In this document: positions 13,478-25,200 of the stretch, piece after piece
Position numbering within the stretch: position 1 is the first letter of the stretch
Layout: every line of letters begins with the position of its first letter
NCBI GenBank assembly: GCA_023213395.1
Contig: CM041465.1
Span: forward strand, 137,585,741-137,649,740
DNA: 64,000 nt
Source of the DNA: Cycas panzhihuaensis
Taxonomy: Eukaryota; Plantae; Cycadophyta
Direction: 5' to 3'
Position numbers and translations under genes: made by a program
Notes under the pieces: model-generated
The model's database searches: none
What the model saw: only the letters and a program-made list of their open reading frames with translations
What the model was told of the DNA's origin: nothing

Positions 13478-15906
13478 CTACTGTTGTCCTGATCCTGGGG
13501 TGCCATCCCCTGGTCTATGTGATTCCTCTCCTGGGGACCACATCCCTCCGAGGCTCCTCCTGGGCCTCCGCGAGCTGCCTGCCTCGCTCCCCTCATCCCG
13601 AGGCCGTCTCAGGGTAGTAGTCGCTGTGTGTATGGGTCCAGCTCCTGCTCGACCTCGAGACCATCTGCGCTACCGGTCGCATTCTGACACGGATGCGATC
13701 CCTCTCACCCTGCAGTCCCTCCTCCATACTCAAACTTCTCCTCTGTCACCTTAAGGTGCTCCTCTAATCGCTAGGCGGATGCCGCCTCGCATCTCCTCCT
13801 AGTCCGCCTCCGAGCCTCTAAGGCATGGACTCGTCTGCAGCCTCATCCCGCCGCCTCGGCCGCCGAGCTCTCACCGCACTGTCCCCGAAATGCCATGTGC
13901 TCTCGGGTCTCGCAACCTGGATGTCTCACCCTGCCTGGGGCGAATGCCTGCATGTGGGCTCCTGCCGATCTGGGCGCATCCTCCACCCGGATGGGTGGTT
14001 GCCCCTCTGCGTAGACCTGAGGGAACATCTCCCTCACCATGGCCTCCACCGGACCTGCACTACTCACATCACATGCAACATGACGTATATCAGTGTAAAT
14101 CCTCACTGCATACCATAATGAAATGTAATCAAAGATCTATCTAGATGTCAAACGACTAAGGAAATGGTTAGGTCTCACCTGCCAGGCCACTGCTACTCGC
14201 CGGTGACATCCTCATCTCCTGGCCCTCTGCCAGCTGCAGGTACCTCGTCCTCAGGTACATCCTCTGCCTCTACCTCACCTCTAGCAGGATCGGCTCACCT
14301 CGCCTCTCGGATCTCCTCACAATCCGTAGTCTGCGACCCCTGGTCTCGGGCACCCCGCCGCCGCCAGCCTCTTGATGGGCTCGCCTTCTCCGGCAGTCCC
14401 GGATGGCCCTGCTACTCCTCCTGTCGACCGTGATGGACCTGCCTCTCCTACAGGTCGTGATGGGCCAGCCCCATCTCCCCCGTCATCACCGTCGTCGCCG
14501 CCATCGTCGTCGCTATCATCGTCGTCATCATTGGCGATGGGCGCTCCTGCTCTGCCTGCTTCATCATCACTCTTCCACCTCACTGCTCTGTAGGGCTCTA
14601 CTATATAGTCTGTCAGAGTGAGGAGGTCGAGTGATGTTGCATTAACCGACCGACGGACATGGGCCTGGTCCTGTATCCCTCAGAGCTGCGTTTTCTATCT
14701 GTGGACCATCGGGGCCCACTCTACTATGGGGAATGGCCCCCCTACTGGTGCCACCACCGCAAAGTGATAAAAAAACTAGCACTGCAATAGCGTGCTATAA
14801 GAAAACCCTCCTCTGCCGGATCTTCGGATGGTGTCTAGCTGGGCGACGAGGTTTGCCACAACTAGAGTGGCCCAGTCCATTCTCTCGCTAGCCTCACACC
14901 GGCGTGCTGCATCCACTCAACCTTCGGGGATCTCCCTGTAGTTCTATTTCTGGGAAATCTGGAATAGAATGCATAGTAGTATCAACTTCCTCACTTGAGG
15001 AATCCTAAACATGAGCATAGTCTAGAGGGGAGCTCCCCTCCGCTCCCACCTGTCACTCCCTGTGAGGAACTAGGCCACCTCCCGTGTCTTGCCTCGGTCT
15101 TGGCAGCCCCACCCTCACCGGCCTCCCCAGCCATTTGGTACTCCTAAGATCCGCCTGATATCTCTTGGGGTGATCGTGACGCCGCCTATCTGAGGCAAGT
15201 GAAAGACATGCCTCCTCATGTCCCAGTGTGACACGATGTCAACTAGGAGCCTCTGGTTTGATGCGAACTAGGGGGTCTTGAGGGCCTTATATAGGCCACA
15301 CCTCTTCAGAGTCGCCTTGTCCTCTTGGGACACCATCTCCAAGTGACTCAGTATCGGCGTGCCGATGTTCTCGCGGTTATCCACCGTGATAACTGCCTGC
15401 AATCATCAAAAGTCAGTCAAGGTCAGTTTCCTAGCAGTCATCTAAGCTCCTAGCTCTCTTTCTGATGTTCCTTTCTGATTTTGGGGGCTGTTTGGCCCCT
15501 TTTCTAGTTTTTTCTAGTTTTCTGCCTGCGTACCACTCCAAATTTAGCGGTACCGCTAAATTTGGAGCGGGTCCAGCGGCGATCGCTTTGCTATAGTGAT
15601 CCCGCGGCCAAGATCGTAGTCTTGATCTTGTCCATGCAGATGAACGGCAAACCCCAAAAAAGGGGTTTCACTGAAAATCCCAAAAATTTTTGTGGTGGAG
15701 CCCCGTGGGGCCCACTGGGACCAGGGCTCCCTAATGCCCAGGTCCCCGCCTCTTTCTGGGTCCAATTCAGACTCCGAGAGGCATCCAATCGCCCATAAGG
15801 GGCATAAAAAAGCATACAAATTAATTAAAAAGCATTAACTTTCAAACTTTGAAATGGCAAGGGTTTCGTGAGATCCACTCACTGGGTCTGGCCTGACCGT
15901 CGCCAT
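13478..15906 (-). pseudogene. Antisense three-exon plant mobile domain (PMD, aminotransferase-like; MAIN/MAIL-type) gene inside element B
   Basis: Manual translation gives LLVDIVSHWDMRRHVFHLPQIGGVTITPRDIRRILGVP and MDWATLVVANLVAQL...STLLQC*FFYHF, which match PMD motifs. GT-AG introns at 15397-15882 and 14055-14178 keep the frame across their junctions. The C-terminal part is D/G-rich and charged, with stops and frameshifts. Confidence 0.8.
15536..15567. repeat. Perfect 32-bp palindrome CTCCAAATTTAGCGGTACCGCTAAATTTGGAG
   Basis: Read directly; lies within intron 1 of the antisense gene. Confidence 0.95.
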
Positions 15907-16037
15907 CTCGTCTCTAGGGTCGTAATGACTCTCGTCGTGCTCGAATCCAACGGTCGGATCGTCTCCTGCATGCCTCCGAAGTCGGGTAGCGCTCCGTGTC
16001 GTAAAGAAAAGGCTCTGGTTTCGTACGAGAGCCGGTG

Positions 16038-16073
16038 AAAATGAATCCGATTTTCATTTGTTTTCCTTATATA
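16038..16073 (-). promoter_or_regulatory. TATA box (TATATAA) and initiator-like TTCATTTT of the antisense PMD gene
   Basis: TATATAA on the minus strand at 16067-16073, pyrimidine-A initiator about 30 nt downstream, ATG at 15906. Confidence 0.6.
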
Positions 16074-16585
16074 GCTGGGGCCACGGCACTTCTTCCGCTT
16101 CGGCTCATGCTGCTGGGACCGACCCATTTCCCTGGTAGCCTTTACCTTCTGGCCCTATTGCCCATTGTACTCTATTAATGCCCTTTTTGCCCTCCCTTGC
16201 AAGGGCATTTATGGTGCCTCATTATCGCACTTTTGCTAGGGCCCTTCTACATCGTTTTGCATGCTACTCCCATGCATGCCTGAGTTTATACTCATTTAGC
16301 TCAATTCGCCGTCCTAGACTCATTTTCGTAGCCCTTTCTTGCTCTTAGGATCTCCAAAGGAAATGCTCCCCCATTCAGGGGCATGTTTGCTTTCCAAAGT
16401 AACCTTTGGCACTCCAGTATGTTTTTCTCTCCGCCCACTCACCAAAGGGCCGGATTACTTGCTTTGCCTCGTGTAACCTCATTGCTAGGTCCTCCTACCC
16501 TTCTCGGCCACCTTCTTGCTTGCCATTTGAGTCTTTGTTTTATTTTCATTGCTATTTGTTTACTACCAGAGCTTAGTATTCAGGC

Positions 16586-17007
16586 ATGTCCCTTCTCGTT
16601 TTTACCGACGGTGGAAGTCGCGGCAAGAACCCGGACCTTCCACCGCGTGGATTCTTCGCAGCCCCTCCGAACATGATTCCTTGCATTCCAGGGTCTTCCT
16701 CCCCGAGGCAACCAATAACGAAGCTGAGTACACAACCGTTATTGAAGCCCTTACCGATGCTCTTTGCTTCCATTGCAGGTCCATTATGTTGCTTTGTGAT
16801 TCCCAGGTCGTGGTGTCCCATCTCACCTAGGTCTACCACGTGCAATGCCCTCACCTGAGAACCCTCGCGTCTGCTGTCAGATCTCTTCTAGCTTGTTTCT
16901 CATCAGTGGATATTCAGTATATCCCTAGGCACGTTAATGTTGAGGCCGACAGCCTCGTCTGCCTCATCCTTGAGCATCGCCTCCCTCTTTTAGACGACCG
17001 CCCCTGA
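16586..17007 (+). pseudogene. Stand-alone archaeal-type RNase H (aRH) ORF of element B
   Basis: MSLLVFTDGGSRG..PGPS, ATNNEAEY, LLCDSQVVV, YIPRHVNVEADSL: all four acidic catalytic residues plus the aRH-type Arg. One frameshift near 16630 and one TAG at 16828-16830. Confidence 0.9.
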
Positions 17008-17264
17008 GGCTTGCCTGGCCAGCCTGTGCCCGAGTCTCCAGTTGTTGTTAGTTAGATTACTTGCTCTATTTGCTGGATGCCCTCCTGCTCCACGTTGCAC
17101 TTTGGTAACGGCAGCATCCCCTTTTACTTGCTTATTCCAGTCACAGGTCAATGTTTAGACGACGCGTAGGTAGCCCCTACGTTGTCCTCGTCTCTGTCTC
17201 CCTTGTCCACGCGTTCCGCCATGACACTTGCCTATGCCCTTGGTCCACGTGCTGCTCTTTATTG

Positions 17265-17266
<2 letters not shown>

Positions 17267-17338
<72 letters not shown>
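17267..17338. repeat. (TA)36 microsatellite
   Basis: Read directly from the sequence. Confidence 0.95.
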
Positions 17339-17342
<4 letters not shown>

Positions 17343-17392
17343 TGTGCTACTCATATCTTTGATTGTCATCATTCGCCATCACGTTACGCCTC

Positions 17393-17402
17393 GAAAAGGA
17401 GG
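17393..17402 (+). promoter_or_regulatory. Probable polypurine tract of element B (GAAAAGGAGG)
   Basis: Only purine run near the 3' LTR start, but 14 nt upstream of the TG at 17417. Confidence 0.55.
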
Positions 17403-17416
17403 CTCACGCCAAGGCG

Positions 17417-19983
17417 TGTTTCCCACCTCGGGAATGGACTCGAGACGCATCGACGCAGGTTTGTTTAGGTATACTTTCTTGTATTTTCTTGCCCATGCTT
17501 GATTGAAGTTATTTAGAGTAGGTTGCTTGACATATGCCTACCTGCACGCATTGCTTTTCTGCTTGCTTATAATGCATTTACTTACGGCATACCATCAGCC
17601 TATGACAACTCACAACGGGGGCATTCCTCAGCGAATGCTACACCCCGTATGGCGCACAACCACCCACGTTGTCTCTACGGTCTCCTGGGATGTTTTTGTC
17701 AGTCCTATTTGCTCTCGTTACAACGTGTTGCTTATGTTGCAGTCCTTCCTAAGCCTGATTTAATCCTTAGTTATGACTCTTTGCATTGTTTGGGTACTTG
17801 CCCATTACCTGGGCACTCCCCCAACTGCTCTGACTTATGTTTAGCCTTGGTTTTTATCCCAAAACTTGATGTTTCTGCTTATTTTTCTCTTTTTTTGTTT
17901 CTAATCAGATACCGCTGCAAACTTAGCAATACCGCAGAGTTTGCTGCGGTACGACTGTTTGAAATTTAAAAAAAAGAGAACCATGTGACAGTTTCCGTTT
18001 TATCGTGGAACTGTCACATGGCGTTGGTTGATTTGAATCGCCCTGACATTCCCAACGTTCACCTGCTGTGAATAGGGGATAAAGGAGATTTTGCCCCCCA
18101 TTTTTCAGATCTTTTGTCCATTTTTCAAATCTCTTGGAAGAATTTCTGACTTTCACACAAGAAAACACACAGAAAAGACAAACTACATACACAGCAATTG
18201 GACAAAGGAGAAGAGGATTACTATTAGCTAGACTTGCAGGGCCATTGTTGCCCCCCTACAGCTCTCCACAGCAAGCCCCATCTTTCTTTGCAAGTGCTCA
18301 AGGATCTAAGTGACTTCTTCACCCAAAAGCTACCTCAAGAACCAACTTTGAAGGCTCCAAACTTGCAAGGAGTTTTTCTTCATTCTCACTCTTGCAAGGA
18401 CCACTCATGATCAGTCCCTATACATTGTTTATTACTACTGTTCTTAGCAGCGAAGTGCATGCTTGATCTTCCCCATACAAGGTACTTCTTGTTTTACTTA
18501 CAATATATTTTATTCCTATTTCTTTTGTTCATTAATGAACGAGATCCTAGTTAGCTAATTTTCCTAATAGAGTTACACTAGATTAGTGATACCCTCCCAT
18601 TGCTTTTTCCTGTAAGCCTCTCTATTTTCCTTAAACTGTCTCTTCCACCCCTTCCTTAGTTAGCCGATGTAAAGGAGTACATACGAGGATTTGAGGGAGG
18701 TAGGCGGGGTTCCGTCCCCCATTGTTGTCCTTCTCTCGAAGGGTTCCGTCCCTTGTCCTCTTGCCCTTTGTCATCTGTGCTTTCTTAGGGAACAGGCTAA
18801 AGGAGTTTAGGGGATTTAGTTAGGGTGTTCCGATTAGCATAGGCAAGTTGTCACTACGTCATTGCCAGAAGTCTCACCTATTTGTGTTGAACCCTACGTG
18901 AGCTCCATTTCTCTTTTTTTGTGTTATTCCTTCCCTTGTCACGGTTTGCTATTTCACTACCTTATTGCCAACTAGTTCTTCTTCCCTGAGTTTCGTGGAG
19001 GTCTCCCGTGGGTGAGTTAGCCATCCTGAGGCTATACTCCTTTCCCTTTCAAGTGTTTTTGCGGTGCATGGTGGTGAGAGCGTTTCTTGTATATCGCCAT
19101 TTCATTTGGTTATATTTCGTTGCTTAGCTTAGATCTTAGTTTCATTTGATTTCAGTTTATATATATATTTCTTGGTATATCTTGTGGCCTCTCTTCCGAG
19201 AGGAAGGTGTCCTTCTTACCTATTTGCAGGATCGTGCATTGGTGGAGCGATACGCAGATTTGAGCCCGGTGTGTTAATTCTCGCATAGTGCATTTCTTTC
19301 TTTAGTTTCAAGTTTTTTTCGTTCCTTTCCGTTTCATTTGCTTTTGCATGCTTAAGGGGAGGTAAGTAAACCCCTCTTCCATCGCTTCCGGCAATTACCA
19401 ATGATCGGCATTGCATGCAGGACGAACGGAGAAGGAACGAGCGGGACTTAGAGAGACGAGCCGCATCTCCATCCAGACGCCGGATCTAGGTATTCCGCTT
19501 GCTTCCTGTGTATCCCCTTTTACATTGTTACCTTTCATACAATTACCTGAGTAGTTAGGAAATTGTAAAAGAATATAAAGGAAAAAGGGAAAGTGCATTC
19601 ATCTTTTACATTATTTCTTATTTTATCTAGCATAGCATAGCATAGATAACTTGCTCACGTCATATTCGAGCTGCCCCTCTATTGCACCTTTTCCGCATTT
19701 GCCTGCACATTAGTTAGTTCCCCTTCCATTCGTTGCCTTCTCATTGCCTTGAGAAGACGCAACGTGCAAGGCATTCTCTCTCCTTCCCGGCCATCTGAAG
19801 GGTAGGAAGGCCTTGCTTTGCACGGCTACCTAGAAGCAACTAGGCACCTTGCAGTCCTGAATCCACGCTCTAGCGCATGGATGCCCTGCAAGGTGAGGTC
19901 CTCGCTGCCTAGCTTAGTTAGCATAGTGTATTCTTATATCCTTTTGCTAGACATAGGATCACCGTCCCATAGTGAGAGTTTCA
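17417..19983 (+). repeat. 3' LTR of element B (~2.57 kb)
   Basis: TG...CA ends, followed by TSD ATTTC; differs from the 5' LTR mostly by transitions. Confidence 0.93.
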
Positions 19984-19988
19984 ATTTC

Positions 19989-20330
19989 CTTTTTCCTTTT
20001 ATGTTTGACCTATTTAACTAATACATAGACCACAACTAAAAGTACGAAAAGGAAAGTGAGGACAAGAGGAAGAAGTACGTACTCAGGAGAGTAGGGGTTG
20101 ATAGGAAACCTCGCTCATGCGCCACACACATCCTCGCCAAGCCCACAGATAATAGAGGGGCTTCCTTACCTTCCCCTTACAAAAGGAAAAAAATAAAGGA
20201 AACAAAAATGAAAGCAAAGAGTAAACACACAAGACACCTTACCCGGATCTAAGTGCTTGACACCTTTGCAAGAGCACCGCGGCAACCTGCACATGCACAA
20301 ACCTATCCCTTCCAAGAAGAGGCTGCAAGA
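19989..20330 (-). repeat. Continuation of the element A 5' LTR beyond the B insertion (truncated; right boundary approximate)
   Basis: Follows the TSD; same purine-rich plus-strand composition as 2900-3350, with weak inverted similarity to B LTR 4190-4270. Confidence 0.6.
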
Positions 20331-20485
20331 GACAATCTATATAAGCTTTATGTGAGTACGATATACACTGGCAATTGTAATTTGGCTATTATAGAAAGTA
20401 GTAATAATGTAGGTAGGACCCAAGTATCACTTCTTGGTAGAATTATCTTGTGGCATCAAAGATTAGGCCATATTAGAGAGAAAAG
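20331..20485 (+). pseudogene. Copia GAG-pre-integrase fragment
   Basis: NLYKL...LWHQRLGHIREK in ORF 20253-20609. Confidence 0.7.
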
Positions 20486-22204
20486 CCCCTATAATTTAGC
20501 CACATTTGAGAGAAAAGCCCCTATAATTTATTCTTCAAAGGTATGGTTGAAGAGATCCTTGAAATTTATGGCTTATTATATAACCACTAGTGGTTGGCAG
20601 AACTCTTGAGAATGTACACTTTGTTAGTAAGAAGCAGATGTTAATGCTCATAATTAAAATGTGTATGTAGGTCACTTGGGGCTACTAATGGAAATAAAGG
20701 CCTAATGCCTCTTCGATGAGATCCATTTTCTAAATGGCTAATTTGCCTATTTAAGGCCCTATGGATATGAAAGAAGATTAGTTTGTGAATGTGAAATTAC
20801 TATTGCCCTTTAGTATGATCTTTTAATATTTATTTTAGTGTTTATTTATATTCTTTTTCTATGTTTTATTTTCTATTTATATATAAAGGCAGATTAAGAG
20901 AACTATATTAAGTAGTATCATAGCTCAGTTATATAATAAATAGGAACTATAGAATAGGTAAAAATCAAGGAAATTTCTTCCCTCCAATATGATTAAGTAC
21001 TTTCTTTACACAAGTAGAGATTGAGAAAAGATCACCTCTCAGTACTCTCTCTATAGGGATATTGAGGAATAAAATCTACGGCATTCAAGACTCATAAAGA
21101 AAAGGAAATTTTATTTCCCCTTAGTAATGCTCAACACCTTTTCTTTGAATTTGATTTAGTTCAGTTCAATTTTATTTCAATTACAATACCTGTATTGTTA
21201 GTCCAAGGGTAGATAACTCCACTTAGCAGCTATCCTTTTCCCTTTTGATACTCATTCCTAGGTAGATAACTTTCTGTAGCAACTACTTAAAGTAGTTAGA
21301 TAGAGACCCTATACTAGCAGTCTATAAAAATCATAATGATCTTTCATTTTGGCTAAGCATAATGTGAGTTTTCTGCGCTTTATATGAAGGACTAGAGATA
21401 ACGCTCCTGAACTAAGCCCTATAGACAAAACTTAGCTATAGAATTAAGCCTCCATGTACCTTTGGGCATAGAGGAGGATCCCTTTAGGTCTTGAATCCTT
21501 CTTAATATAGACAACTTATTGTTCACTAAAGTCTTGTAGTGTATTAGTTGGAGATTAGTGCCATGAAGCTACCTGTTCTTACATTCTACATAAAAAGTTT
21601 ATTAATATGCTTATAAGACCAAGTACACCTTTTCTAGTGGTTGGTAGGATACCTTGTTACTACTCACATCATGCTTACAATATTCTACTTCTTATTTAAG
21701 ATCTAAATACATAGGATAATAGATCTTTAATTGATAACTTCACATGCTAAATATAACCATGTAAGTAACAATCTATCAATAACAATTCTAGCTCACAAAG
21801 AAAAAATAACTACCAATAGTTAGATTTATTAAAAGAAAGTAATTTCCTACTCTACTGAGAATTCTAATTTTTAAAATACTTCCTAGATTTAAAAATAAAT
21901 AACACAGTTAGATTTAGGTTTTTATTAAAAAAAAATGTCTATAATATGAAAATACCTAGGGTATTATGTCATGCTGATCATTTTTCATTAGGGTAGTTTT
22001 AACTTAAAATTTTAGGGTATAATGATATATAGGCATCTATGGGACCCATTGCCCAAAAATTTCACTTAAGACCCACCTATCCTACTTTAACGAGCTTCTC
22101 ATGCTTGTTTTGGTATACTAGGTAAATCTATTATACTTTTAGGGTCAATAGGCTATAAACACCTTACAACTGCACCCCCCACTTATCATTCCCTCACTTA
22201 ACTC

Positions 22205-25200
22205 CTAACCTCTTTAGTAGTCCACCCCATGGATGACCACGCTTCGAGAAGACGAGGGGAGAGGAGTAAAAGGAGCAAAGGGGACCGTAGCGACCCACCA
22301 TTAGATATACCCAAGGGATTTTTCAGAAGAGTCAGAAGGGGTCCTCTTGTGAGAAACAATAAGAAGCTCCCTCACTTCATCGCCTACAGAGGGCAACAAA
22401 GTGGAAGATAGAGTGATATGGGGGATTGCATGATTGGTAGGAGCGATGATATGTGATCCAAGAGGAAAGTTGGTCTCCTTAATTGGAGAAAGTTCAAGTC
22501 TGGACCTAGAATGAATAGAGTGCCTCCTACTTGCATTTAGGAGGGATATGGGATGAGGAAGGTCCTCATCCTCGCCATTGGATTCGTTGTCACTAAGCAC
22601 GACGAGATACCCATAGCTCCCTACACCAATAGAGATGAAGTAGATGAGATTTAAGGAAGAAGAGGAGGGACCTTCTCCCAAGCTAGATGAGCCAAGAATA
22701 TCGATAGAGCAAACAGAACTGTGGGCAAATAGATCCTTATTGCCCTTTGCCTTATCGCAAGCTGCTTGACGAGGTTGGCGGGTTTGTTTGGTGGGAGGAG
22801 GCTCTCGAGAGATAAACTTCATTTGCCCTTCATGGATGAATTTAAGTCATCCCCAACGAGACGAGCACACAACTCCCATCTGGTTGAGCTATGGGTGTCC
22901 CAACAAAAGGTTGTAGTTGACGTCGACGTCGAGAACTACAATGTCAGTTAGGACTGTTTTGTCCTTGAGGGTGAGTGGAATGAGCACTGATCCTAAGGGT
23001 GTCATTTTGCTACCATTGTAACCTTGACACTACCATGGAACTGGCTCTAGAGTTAATATGCCAAGCTCTTGCATGACGTGTAAGGGCATAACATTGATGG
23101 AAGAACCATTGTCCACAACGGTTCTTCGAAGAGTGTAGTCGGGAGTATCAATAGTTATGGTGAAGGGATAGTGCCATTGGCATTCCCTTTCATCGGTTGG
23201 AGGAAGATCCTTGGGGTCGAAGGAGATGGCAGTTTCGTGGCTTAGAGCATAAAGCATGAATGGATGTGTCACCCAATCCCAAGGCTTCTAAGAGAACTTA
23301 CACTGTTTAGGACAGCTCCTCAAGACATCCATTATGGACATCCTCGCGGCCATAGTGTGAAGCTCGTCGACAACAAAGAAGCACTTCCCCTTCACGGTAG
23401 GTTGGGGAAGGGCCCTTCAAAAGCCGCAATGACCGAGGCACACAGGAATAGTCTTGGGGAGCGCAAGGACTTCTAGAGGAGGGATTTTTAGAAGGGAATC
23501 AAGGTGAGGTATGGAAGAAGAGGCGTCGTTTGCCTCTTTAGCCACTTGAGACTGGGTTAAGGCATATAATAGCGTGGTCTCGAGCATCGAAATGACTCTC
23601 TTTCCCTTGTCTCGGGATCGAGAGGATGAAGGAGTGTGACAAATGGGGGAAATATAAGGAGAGGACAAATCCCTTGTACCCTTCCCTTTGGCTTGCAAAA
23701 GGCAAGGGTTTGGGGACCTCCCTCTATTTTGGTTACCCTTTTGTTGGTTATTGTGATCACGTTCCCATGTTTAGGGAAAAGATCCTTGTAGATGGGCTGG
23801 TCTAGGTTTGGCCTAAATGCCCGTTTGGGAGAAGAATCACGTTGCGGGGTGGCTCTACGGTGCTGGGCCCGACATTGTGAATCTTTGTAGAAATACTCTC
23901 CATGGATGGAACACAATTTCTTTTCTAGGGAGGCATTGAGCTTTCTCATTTAAAAAGATTAGGTGTTACCCTTGAGGGGAGCAGCTTGAGAGGCCTATGA
24001 ACTGGTTTATGAGAGGTGGAGGATGAAGGGGCTTGGAGTTTAAGCTCCTTCATGGTACGTTCGAATGAGCGTATAGTGGAGGTGAGAGGATCCAAGGTCT
24101 TCTCTGTTGGATGGGAAGAAGACCTGGTAGGCTATTGGACTTTAGTCTCACAGAGTGGTGGAGGTAGCTCACGCCGTTGTGAGGGCTTAAGAGGCTTCTT
24201 GAGACCCGCTTGGATTTCAATAGCCTCGAGTGCCAAGCGCTTGGCTATGGTGGAGTCACATGTTACTGCCCCCATTTTAAGGACTTCAACGTAGACTTCT
24301 AGGCGAAGGGTGTTGATAAAGAGGTCTTGCTTCAACTCCTCAGGTAAGGTTGCCTTGGTGGAGTGAAGTAGGTCATGGAAACATCTCACAAAGTCACGAT
24401 TCATCTCATCATGACCTTGTTTAAGAGATAGAAGAGCTTTTATTCGGCTCTGGAAAGGACGACCTATGTCAAAATAATTGACGAATTCATCCACGAGTTG
24501 TTGGAATGAAAAGATAGAATGTGCTGGCAGGTGATAGAACCACTTAAGGGCATTGCCTTAAAGAGATTGTGGGAAGAGTTTCATAAGGATATGGTCATAA
24601 GCCCAATAATTGATACATGCCATAGAAAAGCTATGGACATGCTCCGTTGGGTCTTGCGATGAGGTTCCATCAAATTTGGGAACCTTGAGAGGGTGAGGCA
24701 GTAAGTTGGTCCTTAGCACCTCAATAGATAGGGGTGTCGATCTATAGTCCACAAAGGGGCGTGCCCTTGACTGGACCATAGCATCGATGAGAGATGGAAG
24801 AGGAGGTAGACAAGGTTGCCCAAATCCTCCTTGGGGAATTTGATTCGAAAGGGGATATTGGCCTCCTCCAGTTTGATGAGAAGACACTAGTCCCACATTC
24901 GAAGGAATATACATAGGAGCAGATGGGGGTGAAGGACCCATCCCTCCTTGAGGAAATACCCCTTGTTGGAAAGGAGCCTGAGAGAAGGTACCTTGGGAGA
25001 GAACTTTCCCTCCTTGCAAAGGTGCAACATGAGGTGTGACATGGGAGGATCGAAAAGAGGGGTGTAGAATTGGGGTTTTGCCTATATGGGCCGCCCGTGG
25101 GTGGTGTGACCCTATATGGGTGCAAAGGGTCCACCCCATAAGCTGAAAGAGAGCTTCCCTTGCTGTGCTCCTACGGTTGAGAGATGTAACCTGGGGGAAC

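Larger units (their letters stand above)
3363..19983 (+). mobile_element. Element B: full-length (~16.6 kb) Tat-like Gypsy LTR retrotransposon, decayed
   Basis: Direct LTRs 3363-5941 and 17417-19983; 5-bp TSD ATTTC at 3358-3362 and 19984-19988; PBS; gag-PR-RT-RH-INT order; 3' accessory cassette. Confidence 0.95.

Noticed and set aside
13345-17266. Independent DNA transposon inserted into a TA microsatellite
   Set aside because: No terminal inverted repeats or transposase at the inner edges of the arrays, and aRH complements the degenerate RNase H of B. Not formally excluded.
13224-17502. ORFs containing YIYIYI runs (13224-13754, 17151-17468, 17182-17502)
   Set aside because: These are translations of the (TA)n microsatellites and antisense shadows, not proteins.
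20600-22200. Possible solo LTR (TATATAAAGG near 20880)
   Set aside because: No TG...CA pair with TSD, PBS or PPT could be defined.
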